Source: Pseudomonadota bacterium
GTDB lineage: Bacteria > Bdellovibrionota_B > Oligoflexia > Oligoflexales > CAIYRB01
Assembly (NCBI GenBank): GCA_031416315.1
Contig: JANOTL010000202.1
Location: 14,257 to 78,256 of the forward strand
Reading direction: 5' to 3'
DNA: 64,000 bases
Under the pieces are notes generated by a model that saw only the letters and a list, made by a program, of their open reading frames with translations, ran no database searches and was not told the DNA's origin. The position numbers were made by a program, and so were the translations under genes. This document shows positions 55,427 to 64,000 of this stretch, piece by piece (within the stretch, counting starts at the first letter, position 1; each line of letters opens with the position of its first letter).

Positions 55427-57232
55427 ATGCCCGTCTTCCGGAACCTCTCCAGCTACATCGAGGCTCTCAGGCTCCAGGGCGACCTGGCCGTGGTCGAGGC
55501 CGAGGTCGACCCCCGCCTCGAGATCGCGGAGATCCACCGCCGCGTGATCGCCGCCGGCGGCCCAGCCCTCTTGTTCACCAAGGTGCGCGGCAAGCGTTTT
55601 CCGGTGGCGACGAACCTTTACGGCACGAAGGCGCGCGTCGACCTCGCTTTCGGGCAAAGGCCGAAAGAGTTGGTCCAGCGCATCGCCGCCTTGCCGCAGG
55701 AGCTGATGCCGCCGACCTTGGGGAAGCTCTGGGGCGCGCGCGGGTTGGCCAAGGACGCGATCAAGATCGGCATGCGGCGCATAAACCATGCGCCGGTGAT
55801 GGGCCACGAGATCGCGGCGGCCGACCCGACGGAGCTGCCGGCGCTCACCAGCTGGAGCGAGGACGGCGGGCCTTTTCTGACGTTGCCGCTCGTCCATACC
55901 GACGGCAGCCACGGCGACAACCTCGGCATGTACCGCGTGCAGATCCATGACCGGAAAGAGGTCGGGATGCACTTCCAGATCGGCAAAGGTGGAGGTTACC
56001 ACTTGCACCAAGCCGAGCTCGAGAAAAGACCTCTGCGCGCCAACATCTACCTCGGCGGGCCGCCGGCATTGACCCTGGCGGCGATCGCGCCTCTGCCGGA
56101 GAACGTGCCGGAGATGATGCTCGCATCGCTCCTTCTGGGCGAGCGGCTGGGACGGACGAAGACTTTGAGGGGAGGCATCGATGCCGTCGCGGAGGCGGAG
56201 TTTTGCCTGGTCGGCGAGGTGCCGCCGAACGTGCGCCGGCCCGAGGGGCCTTTCGGCGATCACTACGGGTACTACTCGCTCAGGCACGATTACCCGGTCT
56301 TCAGGCCGCAGCGGATCTTCCACCGGACGGGCGCGATCTTTCCGGCGACGGTGGTCGGCAAGCCGCGGCAGGAGGACTTCTTCCTCGGGGATTATCTGCA
56401 GGAGCTCCTCAGCCCGCTCTTTCCCCTGGTGATGCCGGCGGTCCGCGACCTCTGGAGCTACGGGGAGACGGGCTATCACTCGCTCGCGGCCGCGGTCTTG
56501 AAGGAGCGCTACGAGCGCGAAGCGCTTTCGAGCTGCTTCCGCATTCTCGGCGAGGGCCAGCTCTCGCTGCAGAAGTTTCTGCTCGGGATCGACAAGCCGA
56601 TGGACCTCCGCGACTTCAAGCCGGTCTTGACGCACGTCCTGGAGCGCGCGCGCTGGGAGAAGGACCTCGTGGTTTTCGCCGGAACGGCGATGGATACGCT
56701 GGATTATGCGGGACCCGAGGTCAATAAGGGCAGCAAAGGCGTGATCCTGGGGCTGGGCGAGAAGGTGCGTGAGCTGCCGCGGGAGTTTCGCGGCACCGTG
56801 GCCTCGGAGCTGGTGCGGAAGGTGCGCGTCTACTGCCCGGGCTGTCTGGTCGTCGAGGTCCCGCCGTTCGCCGAGGCGAAGAAGGTCGTGGCCGAGGTCG
56901 TTCGGCAGAAAGCTTTCGCCGAAGGCGGCTGGCAGCTGATCGTGGCGGTGGACGACGCGGACCAGGCGGTGCGCAGCGACGCGCGGTTCTTGTGGACGAC
57001 GTTCACCCGCTTCGAGCCCGCGGGCGACATTCATGCGGCGGAGACCGTGCTCGACGGGCACAAGATCCGCTACGCCGGGCCGATCGCGATCGACGCGCGG
57101 ATGAAGCCTTGGTATCCGGGGGAACTGTTTTGCGACCCCGAGACGGCGGCGACGGTCACGCGGCGCTGGGGCGAATACTTCCCCGGCGGCAAGATTGCGA
57201 TGGGCGACAGCGACGCGGGGCATCTCGGCTAG
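55427..57232 (+). CDS. UbiD-family prFMN-dependent decarboxylase (menaquinone/futalosine-type likely)
   Basis: EIAEIHRR, NLGMYRVQ, EGPFGDHYGYY, VVGKPRQED, DTLDYAG. Confidence 0.92.
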   Translation: MPVFRNLSSYIEALRLQGDLAVVEAEVDPRLEIAEIHRRVIAAGGPALLFTKVRGKRFPVATNLYGTKARVDLAFGQRPKELVQRIAALPQELMPPTLGKLWGARGLAKDAIKIGMRRINHAPVMGHEIAAADPTELPALTSWSEDGGPFLTLPLVHTDGSHGDNLGMYRVQIHDRKEVGMHFQIGKGGGYHLHQAELEKRPLRANIYLGGPPALTLAAIAPLPENVPEMMLASLLLGERLGRTKTLRGGIDAVAEAEFCLVGEVPPNVRRPEGPFGDHYGYYSLRHDYPVFRPQRIFHRTGAIFPATVVGKPRQEDFFLGDYLQELLSPLFPLVMPAVRDLWSYGETGYHSLAAAVLKERYEREALSSCFRILGEGQLSLQKFLLGIDKPMDLRDFKPVLTHVLERARWEKDLVVFAGTAMDTLDYAGPEVNKGSKGVILGLGEKVRELPREFRGTVASELVRKVRVYCPGCLVVEVPPFAEAKKVVAEVVRQKAFAEGGWQLIVAVDDADQAVRSDARFLWTTFTRFEPAGDIHAAETVLDGHKIRYAGPIAIDARMKPWYPGELFCDPETAATVTRRWGEYFPGGKIAMGDSDAGHLG

Positions 57233-57260
57233 CGCCGCCGTCGCCAGGCGAACGAGGCAA

Positions 57261-57288
57261 GCCCCATTCCAGCGAGCTGGAGTGGGGC
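57261..57288. terminator. hairpin between convergent genes
   Basis: gccccattccag-cgag-ctggagtggggc. Confidence 0.55.
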
Positions 57289-57337
57289 GACCGTCTAATC
57301 AGGGATTCGTTACGAGTTCCTCTAGTGGCGCGGCGCC

Positions 57338-58027
57338 TTAGCCATTGACGGGCACGATGTTCCAACGCGCGTTGCCGCGGAAGGATTTGCCGTCCCAGTC
57401 GGCGAGCGGGTCGGTCGTGCCGCCGCTTCCGCCCGGGTTCGTGCCGGGGTTGGTGCCGCCGTTGCCGTTACCGTTGCTGCCGGGATTGCCGTTGCCGCCG
57501 GCGCCGTTGTCCAGGGTGACGTCGATCGTCAGATCGGTCACCGTGCCGGTGCCACCCGGGTTCGGGTTGACGTTCCCGTCGACCTTGGCGAGCTTCAGGT
57601 TGAGATTGTTGTTGGATCCCGCCGTCAACGTGACGTTGTCGACCGCGCCGCGGAGCTTGAGGACCGCGCCCTCGTAGATCTCGAGGACGACCGAGCCGGC
57701 TTGGCCGGCCGGGAGGCCTTTGGCGACGATCTTCGCCGTGCCGGCGGCATCGAAGGCGATTTTGTCTTGTTGCGTCACCGCGAGGTAGGTGAACTTATAG
57801 CTCAGGTTCGCCGTGTTATCGACGTACGCCTTGAGCTCGCGTTCCTGGAGAACGACCGGGACTTCCGCGCCGACGCCGATGGTGCCGTTGCCGGCGCCGG
57901 AGGCGATGGGTTGGGTTGCCGGCTGCTTATTCGGGGCGACCTCGATGCCGCGCTTTTCCCGCGTGCAACTCGAAAGCAAGCCAGCCGAGACGACCGCTAC
58001 GATGACGACGACTTTGCTAAAGCTCAT
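57338..58027 (-). CDS. beta-rich lipoprotein with Gly/Asn linker
   Basis: LLSSC lipobox; GAGGG RBS; C-terminal WDGKSFRGNARWNIVP. Confidence 0.78.
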   Translation of the reverse strand: MSFSKVVVIVAVVSAGLLSSCTREKRGIEVAPNKQPATQPIASGAGNGTIGVGAEVPVVLQERELKAYVDNTANLSYKFTYLAVTQQDKIAFDAAGTAKIVAKGLPAGQAGSVVLEIYEGAVLKLRGAVDNVTLTAGSNNNLNLKLAKVDGNVNPNPGGTGTVTDLTIDVTLDNGAGGNGNPGSNGNGNGGTNPGTNPGGSGGTTDPLADWDGKSFRGNARWNIVPVNG

Positions 58028-58063
58028 TTCGATATCCCTCTAAAGACGTTGTACGAGGGATAG

Positions 58064-58079
58064 AGCAAGAGGCGGGCCA
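58064..58079 (-). promoter_or_regulatory. sigma54 -24/-12 promoter
   Basis: Minus strand TGGCCCG-CCTC-TTGCT, 36 nt upstream of the ATG. Confidence 0.7.
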
Positions 58080-58172
58080 GGCGGGTCCCCCAAAAGGATC
58101 AGGGGCTTGGCCCCCCAGGGACCGTCTTTGGTCTAGACAGTGCCTGACGGGAGGTGTATCAACCCGCACCCT

Positions 58173-58469
58173 ATGGAAGGCAAGACATTGAACTCGAAGC
58201 AGATCCGCAAGCTCAGAGGCCTGGCCCACCACCTGAACCCCTTGGTGCAGTTGGGCAAGACCGGCATGACGCCGGCCCTGATCAAGGAAGTGGATCGCAA
58301 CCTCGAGGATCACGAGCTGATCAAGGTCCGGGTCACGGCCGACGACCGCTTCGCGCGCCAGTCCCTGGTCGAAGAATTGATCGCCGTCACCCGGGCCACC
58401 GAGGTCCAAGTCATCGGCAACGTCGCCGTCCTCTATCGCCAGGCGAAAGAGCCGACGATTGTGGTGTAA
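58173..58469 (+). CDS. yhbY: CRM-domain RNA-binding protein YhbY
   Basis: LRGLAHHLNPLVQLGKTG, HELIKV, QVIGNVAVLYR. Confidence 0.95.
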   Translation: MEGKTLNSKQIRKLRGLAHHLNPLVQLGKTGMTPALIKEVDRNLEDHELIKVRVTADDRFARQSLVEELIAVTRATEVQVIGNVAVLYRQAKEPTIVV

Positions 58470-58510
58470 AATCTCCGTGTAGCCCCACGGACGGTTTTAC
58501 GAGGCCATCG

Positions 58511-59125
58511 ATGAACATTCTCCCGGGCGCGTCTTACGCCCGCTTGACCAAGCTTTTGCAAGAGCGCGTCGCCAAGGGCGCGGATCAGGCGGAGATCGAC
58601 AAGAAGATCTGGGAGTTGTTCGGCGAGCAGTGGTGCGTCGTGTTCACCGACCTTTCGGGCTTCTCCCGCAAGGTCGCCGAGTTCGGCATCATCCACTTCC
58701 TGCAGATCATCCACGAGTCGGTGCGACTCATGACCCCGATCATCGAGGATCACAACGGCTTTCTGCTGAAATCGGAGGGGGACAGCATGTTCCTCCTCTT
58801 CCGCACGCCGGCCGCGGCGATCACCTGCTGCGTCGCCATGCAGCAAGCGATGAAGGTCTACAACGTCGGGAAGAAGAGCGAGGAGCAGATCCTTTTATGC
58901 TGCGGCGTGGGCTTCGGGCCGATGTTGCGCATCGGCGACGACGACGTGTTCGGTGCTGAGGTAAACGCGGCCAGCAAGCTCGGCGAGGACATCGCCAAGG
59001 CTTGGGAGATCCTGGTCACCGGCAACGTCGAGACGGAGTTGCGCGGGAAGTTCGCGTTCACGAAGATCGACGCCGTGCCGCCGGGGAGCGATCGGGCGTT
59101 TCGCTTGGACTATCAGCTGAAATGA
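58511..59125 (+). CDS. stand-alone class III nucleotide cyclase domain protein
   Basis: VFTDLSGFS, LKSEGDS, DVFGAEVNAASKLGE. Confidence 0.88.
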   Translation: MNILPGASYARLTKLLQERVAKGADQAEIDKKIWELFGEQWCVVFTDLSGFSRKVAEFGIIHFLQIIHESVRLMTPIIEDHNGFLLKSEGDSMFLLFRTPAAAITCCVAMQQAMKVYNVGKKSEEQILLCCGVGFGPMLRIGDDDVFGAEVNAASKLGEDIAKAWEILVTGNVETELRGKFAFTKIDAVPPGSDRAFRLDYQLK

Positions 59126-59305
59126 TTCCCTGTGGGAGCGAGCGGGTCCCGATCGGTCGGCGAACTCAAGACACGGTCCGGGATACGACCAGCTGCATAA
59201 TCATTTGGAACGATTGACCTCTTCACTCGGCTTGGCGTTCTCGCTCACGCTTGCGCCGAAAATCACCGAAAAGGAAGCAACAAGAACCGATTTCGGGGTT
59301 GCTCC

Positions 59306-59455
59306 ATGCGCCGTTTTCCGTCACGCATCGGCTGCGCCTCGCTCTTCCCTTTCGCGGCGCTCGTCCTGCTCTCGGCTGCCTGCGACAAGAACAAGGGCTC
59401 GAAAGGCTCGACGGCGGCGGGTGCGGCCGGGATGGTGTTCATCGTGGCGCCGTAA
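59306..59455 (+). CDS. 49-aa micro-lipoprotein (not in ORF track)
   Basis: MRRFPSRIGCASLFPFAALVLLSAAC-DKNKGSKGSTAAGAAGMVFIVAP; basic n-region, h-region and lipobox. Confidence 0.55.
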   Translation: MRRFPSRIGCASLFPFAALVLLSAACDKNKGSKGSTAAGAAGMVFIVAP

Positions 59456-59474
59456 GGGATCAGCCCACGGAGGG

Positions 59475-60656
59475 TCACGACTTTCCGCGCCGCACCAACT
59501 CTCGATCGATCAACGTCAGCTCACGGCCGGTCTGGCCCTGGATCGACGAATTCTCGTTCGCCCGCCGGAAGAGATACGGCAACGCCGCCCGCACCGGCCC
59601 ATACGGCACGTACTTCGCGACGTTGTACCCGTGATGCGCCAAGTTGTAGGTCAAGTTGTCGCTCATCCCCAAGAGTTGCGCGAAATGAATCCGCGCGTCC
59701 CCCGCTTCCAACTTGTGTTTCCGCATCAGGTCGCACAGCAATCGGTTCGAAGTCTCGTTATGGGAGCCCGCCATCACTTCCAACTTCCCGAGATGGTCGA
59801 CGCAAAACGCGAGCGCGGCGTCGAAGTCGCGGTCCGTCGAGGCTTTATCGGGTTGGATCGGGCTCGGCTTGCCGGCCTGATCGGCATACGCCCGCTCCTT
59901 TTCCATGTACGCGCCGCGCACGAGCTTGACGGCGCAGATCGCGCCTCTTTCTTCGCACTGCGCCAAGAACCCCTTCAGATAGGCGAGGCGGTCGACACGA
60001 TAGAGCTGCACGGTGTTGAAGACGACCGCCGTGCCGCCGCGGTTGTAACGCTCGATCATCGCCAACGCCAGGGCGTCGATCGGGTCTTGGATCCAGGTCT
60101 CCTCGGCGTCGATCAGGATGCGGACGCCGCGTTTGGCGGCTTCGCCGCACATCGCGTCCACGCGCGCCTTGACGCGGTCGAATTCGGCCGCTTCGGCCGC
60201 GGTCAGTAAGGCGCCGGCTTGCACCTTCGCGAGCAGATCGAAGCGGCCCACGCCCGTCATTTTGAAGACCGAGAACGGGAAGCGCCGGTCCCCCTCGGCA
60301 TGGCGGATGAGGTGGAGGACCTCGTCGCGCGTCGCGTCGAAGTCTTCTTCCCTGCCCAAACCTTCGACCGAGTAGTCGAGGATCGCGCCGACCTTGTGCC
60401 GCGCCAACGCCGTGACCGACGCCTCGCAGTCTTCCACCGTTTCGCCGCCGCAGAAGAGCTCGAAGATCGTCGCCTTGATCACCGGCGTCACCGGCAGGCG
60501 CAGCCTCAGGGCCGCCGTGACGAGCTTGGGGCCGAGGCTCACCAGCATCGGATAATGAAAGGCCGAGAACAAAAGCTTCGCCTTGCGTAAGGCTAAAGTC
60601 GTGCGGGCTCGGAAGGCGATCTCGGTGTCGTCGAAGTTCGGCGCTCGGGCGAGCAT
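59475..60656 (-). CDS. monofunctional proline dehydrogenase
   Basis: FCGGET, IDAEETW, KLVRGAYMEKE, GSHN, FAQLLGM, KYVPYG, YLFRRANEN. Confidence 0.94.
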   Translation of the reverse strand: MLARAPNFDDTEIAFRARTTLALRKAKLLFSAFHYPMLVSLGPKLVTAALRLRLPVTPVIKATIFELFCGGETVEDCEASVTALARHKVGAILDYSVEGLGREEDFDATRDEVLHLIRHAEGDRRFPFSVFKMTGVGRFDLLAKVQAGALLTAAEAAEFDRVKARVDAMCGEAAKRGVRILIDAEETWIQDPIDALALAMIERYNRGGTAVVFNTVQLYRVDRLAYLKGFLAQCEERGAICAVKLVRGAYMEKERAYADQAGKPSPIQPDKASTDRDFDAALAFCVDHLGKLEVMAGSHNETSNRLLCDLMRKHKLEAGDARIHFAQLLGMSDNLTYNLAHHGYNVAKYVPYGPVRAALPYLFRRANENSSIQGQTGRELTLIDRELVRRGKS

Positions 60657-60730
60657 GCTGTGAGGCTCCTTGGGCGCGGCCACTCTGCCTGGAAAGCGCT
60701 CGCCCCGCAAGAGATCATAAATATCCGAAA

Positions 60731-63700
60731 TTATTCTGGAAAGGACGGGCGCCGCAGGTCGGGCTTGCGGCCGAAGTCGGGCCTCGGCGGCGGCGTCCGT
60801 GCGAGGCTCGCGAGCGCGAGCTCGACCGCCTTCGTCAGCTGCGTGTCCTCGCCGCGCGCGTATTCTTGCGGCGCGACGTCGATCTCGAGGTCCGGGTCGG
60901 TGCCGTAGTTCTCGACGCCCCAGCCAACGTCCTTGAACCAGGTCGCGTACTCGGGCTGCGTCACCATCGTGCCGTCGACGAGGGCGTTGCGGCTGTCGAT
61001 GCCGATGACGCCGCCCCAGGTGCGCTTGCCGACGAGTTGGCCGAGCTTCATCATCTTGAACGAATGGCTGAAGATGTCGCCGTCGGAGCCGGCGAACTCG
61101 TTGGTCAGGCAGACGATCGGGCCCTCGACCGCGTACATCGGCTCGCCGATCGGCGCCAGGTGGTGCGAGACCGAGTACATGAGGCGTTTGCGCGCGAGCT
61201 TTTCCAGGAGCAGCTGTGAGACGTGCCCGCCGCCGTTGTAGCGGACGTCGACGACCAGGCCGTCGCGGCCGCTCTCCAGCGGGTAATAGCGGAAAAACTC
61301 GGCGTAGCCACGGGCGCCCATGTCAGGAATGTGGACGTAGCCGATGCGGCCACTGCTTTGCTCGCGCACTTTCTCGCGGTTTTTCTCGACCCATGCTCGG
61401 TAGCGCAGCGGCAGCTCCGTCGCCAGCGGGCGGACGATGACGCGCCTCGGCTTCGCGCCTTGCGCGCTCCGCACGGTGAGCGCGACGTCGACGTTGGCTT
61501 TGTGCACCAAGAGCGCGCCGGGCGTCGTGCGCGCGTCGAGGTCCATGCCGTCGATCGCGAGGAGGTGCTCGCCGATGACGACGTTGGCGCCGGGCGTGCC
61601 GAGCGGCGAGTCCTGGCCCCGGTCCCAGGGATCACCGCGGACGATGCGGTCGAAACGCCAGGCGCCGGCGTCTTCGTCCCAAGCGAAATCGACGCCCAAA
61701 CGGCCGACGGGGAAATACGGCGACCAGCGGTGGTCGCCGCCATATTCGTACGCGTGCGAGGTGCCGAGCTCGCCTTGCAGCTCCCAGGCGAGGTCCGAGA
61801 ACTCCGAGCGCGTGGCGACGCGCTCCAAGATCGGCTGGTAGCGGTGATAGACCTCGTTCCAGTCGACGGAGGACAGGCCGACGTCCCAGAAGTGATCGCG
61901 CTGGAGGCGCCACATCTCGCGCAGCATCTGCCGCCATTCGGCGCGCGGCTCGACGGAGACGCGGATGCGGTCGAGGTCGATCCAGCCGCTCGCGCGGCCC
62001 GCCTTCGTCTCTTTGGAGTCAGGCTTCGCCGCGGTCTTGACGACGCGGAGGCGGTCTTTATGGCGGTAGGCCATCGTCTTGCCGTCGCGCGACAAGCCGA
62101 AGGTCGAGATGCCTTCGACGAAGACCTCGTGCTTCAGGGTCTCTAAGTCGAAGACGTGGAGGCGGGCGGCGGCGGGCTCGGCTTGGCCGCGGCTCAAGCT
62201 CCCCTCGACGGGAAACTCGGTCAGGAAGACTTTCGACTTGGTCGCCAGGATGCGCCCGTAGCGGCCGTCCGGGAACGGGAGCTCGACGATGCGGCCGTCG
62301 ATGCCTTCGAAATCGATCGAGAACGGCGCGGGCGCGGGCGCGTCCTTGTCCTTCTTCGGCGGCGGCGCGGCCTCGAGCGGGCGAGGCGACGGATGGAGCG
62401 GCGACTCGACGTCTTTGCGCAGGGCGATCGCATAGGCCCGGCCGCCTTTCGGGAAGCTCAGGTCGAAGACGATGGAGTCGTAGACCGGGTCCCAGCTGCG
62501 ATTGGAGAGCACGTAGAGATAGCGACCCTCGGGGTCCCACGCGACGGAATGGTCGTTGCCGACCGGGCGGGTGACGGCGTTGACGGCGCCGGTTGCGAGC
62601 TCGACCACGAAGATTTGCGAAGTCGGAAACTCCTGGCTCGCGACATAGGCGACGAAGCGGCCGTCGGGCGAGAAGCGCGCCATCTTCACGTCTTCGTAGA
62701 GGCTCCGGTCGAGGATCTTCGCCGTCTTCGCGGCTAAGTCTATGTGCACGAGCTCGAAGCGGTGGTTCCCGGCGACGACGTGGTCTCCGGTCGGCGAGAC
62801 GAAGAGCGAGCGGATCCGGCCGACGTCCAGGCCGTCCAAGCGCTCGGGCAAAGCGGTCGTGCCGTCGTCCTCGGGCAGCGCGTGGATCTCGAGCGCTTCC
62901 TCGCCGCCTTCGTCGGAGATCGCGACGATGCGCTTGCCGTCGGGGAGCCACGAGGCGAGCCGGTAGCGCACGCCGTCGCGCGTGCCGATCTGCACGACCT
63001 CACGCTCCCAATTGCCCATCGCATAAGGCTTGCCGCGCGTGGTGACGAGGACCGAGTGACCCTCGGGATGCAGCGCGAAACCCGTGAAGTGCCGCGTCGC
63101 GCCGGAGAACTTGCGCACGGTTTGCGGCTTGGACGAGTGAAAAGCGACCTGGATCTTCCGGCTTTTGCCCTGGTCCAGGACATAGAGCTCGGCCCCGCAC
63201 TGGTAGACGAGGCGGCGGCCGTCGTCGCTGAGAGCCCGCGCATAGTAGTCGCGGTGGTCGGTCTCGCGCTTCAGGCCTTTACCATCGAGGCCCAACGAGT
63301 AGACGTTGCCGTAGCCCTCGTGATCCGCGACGACGTAGATGCGGTCGCCGACGACGCAGGGGCTGCCGAGGTTGCCGGGAAAATCGGTGAGGATCTCAGT
63401 GAAGGCGCCGGTGCCTTGCGCGTCGACCCAAAGGTCGCCGCGCGTGCCGCCGCGGTAGCGTTTCCAACGCGCGATCTCCTGCTCGCGGCGGCTGATGACG
63501 ACGGTGCCGTCCTTACCGTACGCGATGCGGCGCGCCGGGCCGACGTTCAGGCGGCGAGGCGCGCCGCCCTCGATGCTGATGGCCCAAAGCTGGAACATCT
63601 TGGCGAACGGCGACATGGCGAGGGAGGCGTAGACCACTTCCTTGCCGTCGGGTGAGAAGCCGCACACGTAGCTCGAGGCGCCCTGAAACGTGAGCCGAAG

Positions 63701-63940
63701 GCCGATGCCGCCCTCGGCGCGCATGACGTAGATCTCGGAGGCGCCCTCCTCCATCGCGGCGTAGGCGATCCATTGACCGTCCGGCGAGAAGCGCGGCCAA
63801 GCGGCGTCGACCTGGTGCGCGGTGAGGCGCCGGGCGACGCCGCCGGCGACGGGGACCGACCAGAGATCGGTCTCGCAGACGAAAACGACGGTGTCGCCGT
63901 GGAGCGTCGGTTGGCGGTAGTAGCCGTGGTCGGTGGACAT
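60731..63940 (-). CDS. tricorn protease (S41B)
   Basis: Propeller repeats (FSPDG), WKRYRGG, GELGTSHAY, PDZ, YNGGG, GSDGDIF, RTWGG. Confidence 0.95.
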   Translation of the reverse strand: MSTDHGYYRQPTLHGDTVVFVCETDLWSVPVAGGVARRLTAHQVDAAWPRFSPDGQWIAYAAMEEGASEIYVMRAEGGIGLRLTFQGASSYVCGFSPDGKEVVYASLAMSPFAKMFQLWAISIEGGAPRRLNVGPARRIAYGKDGTVVISRREQEIARWKRYRGGTRGDLWVDAQGTGAFTEILTDFPGNLGSPCVVGDRIYVVADHEGYGNVYSLGLDGKGLKRETDHRDYYARALSDDGRRLVYQCGAELYVLDQGKSRKIQVAFHSSKPQTVRKFSGATRHFTGFALHPEGHSVLVTTRGKPYAMGNWEREVVQIGTRDGVRYRLASWLPDGKRIVAISDEGGEEALEIHALPEDDGTTALPERLDGLDVGRIRSLFVSPTGDHVVAGNHRFELVHIDLAAKTAKILDRSLYEDVKMARFSPDGRFVAYVASQEFPTSQIFVVELATGAVNAVTRPVGNDHSVAWDPEGRYLYVLSNRSWDPVYDSIVFDLSFPKGGRAYAIALRKDVESPLHPSPRPLEAAPPPKKDKDAPAPAPFSIDFEGIDGRIVELPFPDGRYGRILATKSKVFLTEFPVEGSLSRGQAEPAAARLHVFDLETLKHEVFVEGISTFGLSRDGKTMAYRHKDRLRVVKTAAKPDSKETKAGRASGWIDLDRIRVSVEPRAEWRQMLREMWRLQRDHFWDVGLSSVDWNEVYHRYQPILERVATRSEFSDLAWELQGELGTSHAYEYGGDHRWSPYFPVGRLGVDFAWDEDAGAWRFDRIVRGDPWDRGQDSPLGTPGANVVIGEHLLAIDGMDLDARTTPGALLVHKANVDVALTVRSAQGAKPRRVIVRPLATELPLRYRAWVEKNREKVREQSSGRIGYVHIPDMGARGYAEFFRYYPLESGRDGLVVDVRYNGGGHVSQLLLEKLARKRLMYSVSHHLAPIGEPMYAVEGPIVCLTNEFAGSDGDIFSHSFKMMKLGQLVGKRTWGGVIGIDSRNALVDGTMVTQPEYATWFKDVGWGVENYGTDPDLEIDVAPQEYARGEDTQLTKAVELALASLARTPPPRPDFGRKPDLRRPSFPE

Positions 63941-63984
63941 GCGTGGAGCATAGCTGATGGCCCGGGGAGGGCGAAGGCAGTTTT

Positions 63985-64000
63985 ACCGCAGAGGACGCAG
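63985..64000. repeat. truncated arm of the ACCGCAGAGGACGCAG REP-like family
   Basis: tttt-accgcagaggacgcag matches the 6831-6843 arm and resembles 27488-27503. Confidence 0.6.

Noticed and set aside
59263..59478. 71-aa minus-strand ORF after proline dehydrogenase
   Set aside because: No recognisable features; the opposite-strand lipobox ORF is more convincing, though neither is proven

Overview
GC-rich chromosomal window from a diderm bacterium. Gene content (STAS-Zn-ribbon protein, paired Get3-like ATPases, long MlaD, orphan motAB, many lipoproteins) suggests Bdellovibrionota/Oligoflexia or a relative; this is inference. About 55 CDSs. I found no rRNA, tRNA, CRISPR array, integrase or transposase. 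Recognisable genes are prc/tsp, fur, mlaEFD, tatA, pyk, clpS-clpA, motAB, yhbY, a UbiD decarboxylase, proline dehydrogenase, a tricorn protease, an S8 protease and two class III cyclases. Best leads: (1) a secreted redox/metal cluster of DUF4331 (predicted mature N-terminus Ser-Ser-His, ATCUN-like), a diheme cytochrome c lipoprotein and a translationally coupled CxxC thioredoxin lipoprotein; (2) tatA, a complementarily degenerate Get3/ArsA pair and a minimal MlaEFD with a probable envelope-spanning MlaD; (3) a repeated sigma28-like promoter motif before mostly non-flagellar genes; (4) several pseudo-enzymes (dead PLD, dead ImmA/IrrE, dead PP2C, pseudo-REC/PilZ); (5) a BpsA-like polyamine synthase; (6) an adenylate cyclase-PilZ fusion; (7) two small ORFs missing from the ORF track and several REP-like palindromes. 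All family calls come from motif recognition by eye; no searches were run.
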